Shown: positions 62,234 through 64,000 of the stretch, piece by piece
How the letters are laid out: each line of letters starts with the position of its first letter
How positions within the stretch are numbered: position 1 is the first letter of the stretch
Source of the DNA: an uncultured Nitrososphaeraceae archaeon
GTDB lineage: Archaea; Thermoproteota; Nitrososphaeria; Nitrososphaerales; Nitrososphaeraceae
Length of the DNA: 64,000 nt
Reading direction: 5' to 3'
Assembly (NCBI GenBank): GCA_963779615.1
Contig: CAVZZA010000003.1
Span: 288,001 to 352,000 of the forward strand
Notes under the pieces: model-generated
The model's input: only the letters and a program-made list of their open reading frames with translations
The model's database searches: none
What the model was told of the DNA's origin: nothing
Program-made: the position numbers and the translations under genes

Positions 62234-62302
62234 AATGAATAATTTTTTTATATCTGGTATATCCATTAATAACAAACTAAAAGACATAAGAAGTACGGGA
62301 TT

Positions 62303-62584
62303 ATGGAAATAAAGTTTATTTGTGAAGATAGTTATGAGGCGGAAAAGCTATCAAGCATATTCACATCGCAAAAAGACAACTCATTATTTGTGATTGGGAT
62401 AGTCAAAGTAATAGAAAATGAGGCAGTAGTAAAACTAAAGGACGGGTCCCATCACAGTATTTTATTCAAAGACCGAAATAATGCGTTAATGTTAAAAAAG
62501 ATGTTTACAGAAATGTCATTAACCAAAAATAAAATTATTTCGATGCACTATAGAGGTAATGAGATATTCATGAATTTGGGGTAA
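62303..62584 (+). CDS. Hypothetical protein
   Basis: 93-aa ORF. Confidence 0.65.
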   Translation: MEIKFICEDSYEAEKLSSIFTSQKDNSLFVIGIVKVIENEAVVKLKDGSHHSILFKDRNNALMLKKMFTEMSLTKNKIISMHYRGNEIFMNLG

Positions 62585-62596
62585 CATCATATATTT

Positions 62597-62950
62597 TTAG
62601 ATAAAATCTTTATTGTATTCATCCGTTATAATCTGATACACTTTTTCAAAATACAGAGAAGTAGAAAAAGGCATCAAGGGTATATAATCCCTAACGGCTT
62701 GTAAAACTAATGGGACTGCTCTTTTTGAAATTCTTATATCAAATTTCATCCACAACAATCTATTTTGAGAAAAGTTGATCTTCTCTCCCAACTCTTTATT
62801 GCACATATCCTTTGCTTTGTCTTCTATTCTTTTATACCAATAAGCTAAAACTTCCGGATCTAGACCTTCGTTTAAACCACTAATGTTGTTACAATATTCG
62901 GCTAATAAACCATCTATCTTATTTCCTCTGTTCACATAGTTTTTTACCAC
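62597..62950 (-). CDS. Hypothetical protein
   Basis: 117-aa ORF downstream of coaD. Confidence 0.7.
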   Translation of the reverse strand: MVKNYVNRGNKIDGLLAEYCNNISGLNEGLDPEVLAYWYKRIEDKAKDMCNKELGEKINFSQNRLLWMKFDIRISKRAVPLVLQAVRDYIPLMPFSTSLYFEKVYQIITDEYNKDFI

Positions 62951-62996
62951 AAAATAATTTATTAGACGGCATCAAAATTATTTGATAAAACATGCA

Positions 62997-63470
62997 TTAT
63001 TTTTTAATTATGAAACCATTTTCGTCGATATCATTTGATCTTATTCTGCTTGAGGAAATGGGAAAACCATCTTCAGCCAATACCATTTTTACTGGAATTA
63101 CATCAACCGCAGGTAAACCCAATTTTAACCTGGTGTGATTTATTGTATTTCCCCTCTCCTCTGTTTCACTGCTGACTACTAAACAGTCTGTTTGATTTGA
63201 AATCATCAGAGGTCCAAAATTATCCTCCAATTTTGTAACTTTATAGTTATCAAACCCTATTTCCTTTTCAATAAATTTTTTTAAATTTTTAACACGAACA
63301 GGATAAGAATTTTTAATTCGTTTATTTAACATATTGCAGGCAAATTCATCGCTTGTTATCCCAATTACAACAAAACAACCAATTTCAAAGGATTTCCTAA
63401 ATAGCTCCAAATGTCCTAGGTGGAGAATGTCAAAAGTACCCCCCAAGACGACTTGTTTGTATCTTTTCAA
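62997..63470 (-). CDS. coaD: Phosphopantetheine adenylyltransferase (archaeal type)
   Basis: GGTFDILHLGH, GITSDEF, LVVSSET, ISSSRIR. Confidence 0.92.
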   Translation of the reverse strand: MKRYKQVVLGGTFDILHLGHLELFRKSFEIGCFVVIGITSDEFACNMLNKRIKNSYPVRVKNLKKFIEKEIGFDNYKVTKLEDNFGPLMISNQTDCLVVSSETEERGNTINHTRLKLGLPAVDVIPVKMVLAEDGFPISSSRIRSNDIDENGFIIKK

Positions 63471-63547
63471 ATTAGTGATTTCTAAACAACCACATCAAAA
63501 TATAAAGATTCAATTTTTTTCAAGTCACTTTTAACTTATCGAATTAT

Positions 63548-63682
63548 TGCTTTGTTGCATGATTCGAACTACAGTCAATCATGCCACATTCCTGGTAATT
63601 CATGTTAAATCATGACTAGATACTCTGGACAATAACCAAAACGCCAACAAAAAACGATTTGCAATAATCATGCAACAAAGCA
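63548..63682. mobile_element. MITE-like element, 135 bp
   Basis: 17-bp perfect TIR TGCTTTGTTGCATGATT; 8-bp flanks CGAATTAT/GGAATTAT. Confidence 0.72.
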
Positions 63683-64000
63683 GGAATTATCTCTTTATTG
63701 AGATGATCAATGAACAGGCCACTACTGCATGAAAAGTAATAATCAAAACAATCTGCAGTTACACCCTTTGATGCATTACCTAGATCTCTCAATCTTGCTT
63801 TTCTCATAAAAGAAATAAAACATGAAGACCGGTTGTTAATAACGTACAGAGCTGCGGATAATAGCATTTACCGTCACCACATGTTAAAACAAAATGTTTT
63901 AAATATTCGCCTATAACATTTGATAGTGATCAGGCTTCCCAGCAAACCAATATTTTCTCTAAATCTCGACCTATGCCAATTTCAAGAATTTCTTTATCTT

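Noticed and set aside
3529-63534. Numerous 60-160 aa ORFs antisense to housekeeping genes
   Set aside because: Shadow ORFs on the opposite strand of well-supported CDSs.
63616-63867. 83-aa minus-strand ORF
   Set aside because: It runs into the MITE and has no recognisable domain.

Overview
AT-rich archaeal chromosomal window. Gene content (cdvC/Vps4, CDC48, aEF1A-uS10, L10e, aIF1A, Rpo12, tRNA splicing endonuclease subunit, Cys-type Thi4, cyclase-receiver fusion, many CxxC microproteins, frequent TTG starts) points to an ammonia-oxidising thaumarchaeon of the Nitrososphaeraceae, possibly Nitrosocosmicus-like (inference). It is mostly housekeeping genes plus tRNA-Gly(GCC), tRNA-Ile(GAT), one decayed IS6 element and two IS6-like MITEs. 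The standout is a 25-nt insertion (6672-6696) in the conserved GEFDYSG motif of carB. It folds into a bulge-helix-bulge-type motif whose predicted endonuclease cuts exactly restore the reading frame, so it looks like a tRNA-type intron in a protein-coding mRNA. The partner gene carA and the aIF1A gene both appear to lack a canonical start codon (ATT and ATA respectively). Other oddities: candidate H/ACA and C/D guide RNAs, a ~110-125 bp inverted repeat bracketing a cupin gene, 54 bp of identity between the two ATPase domains of CDC48, and two single-base frameshifts (tuf and an orphan ATPase) that may be sequencing errors. All calls are by eye from motifs; no searches were run.
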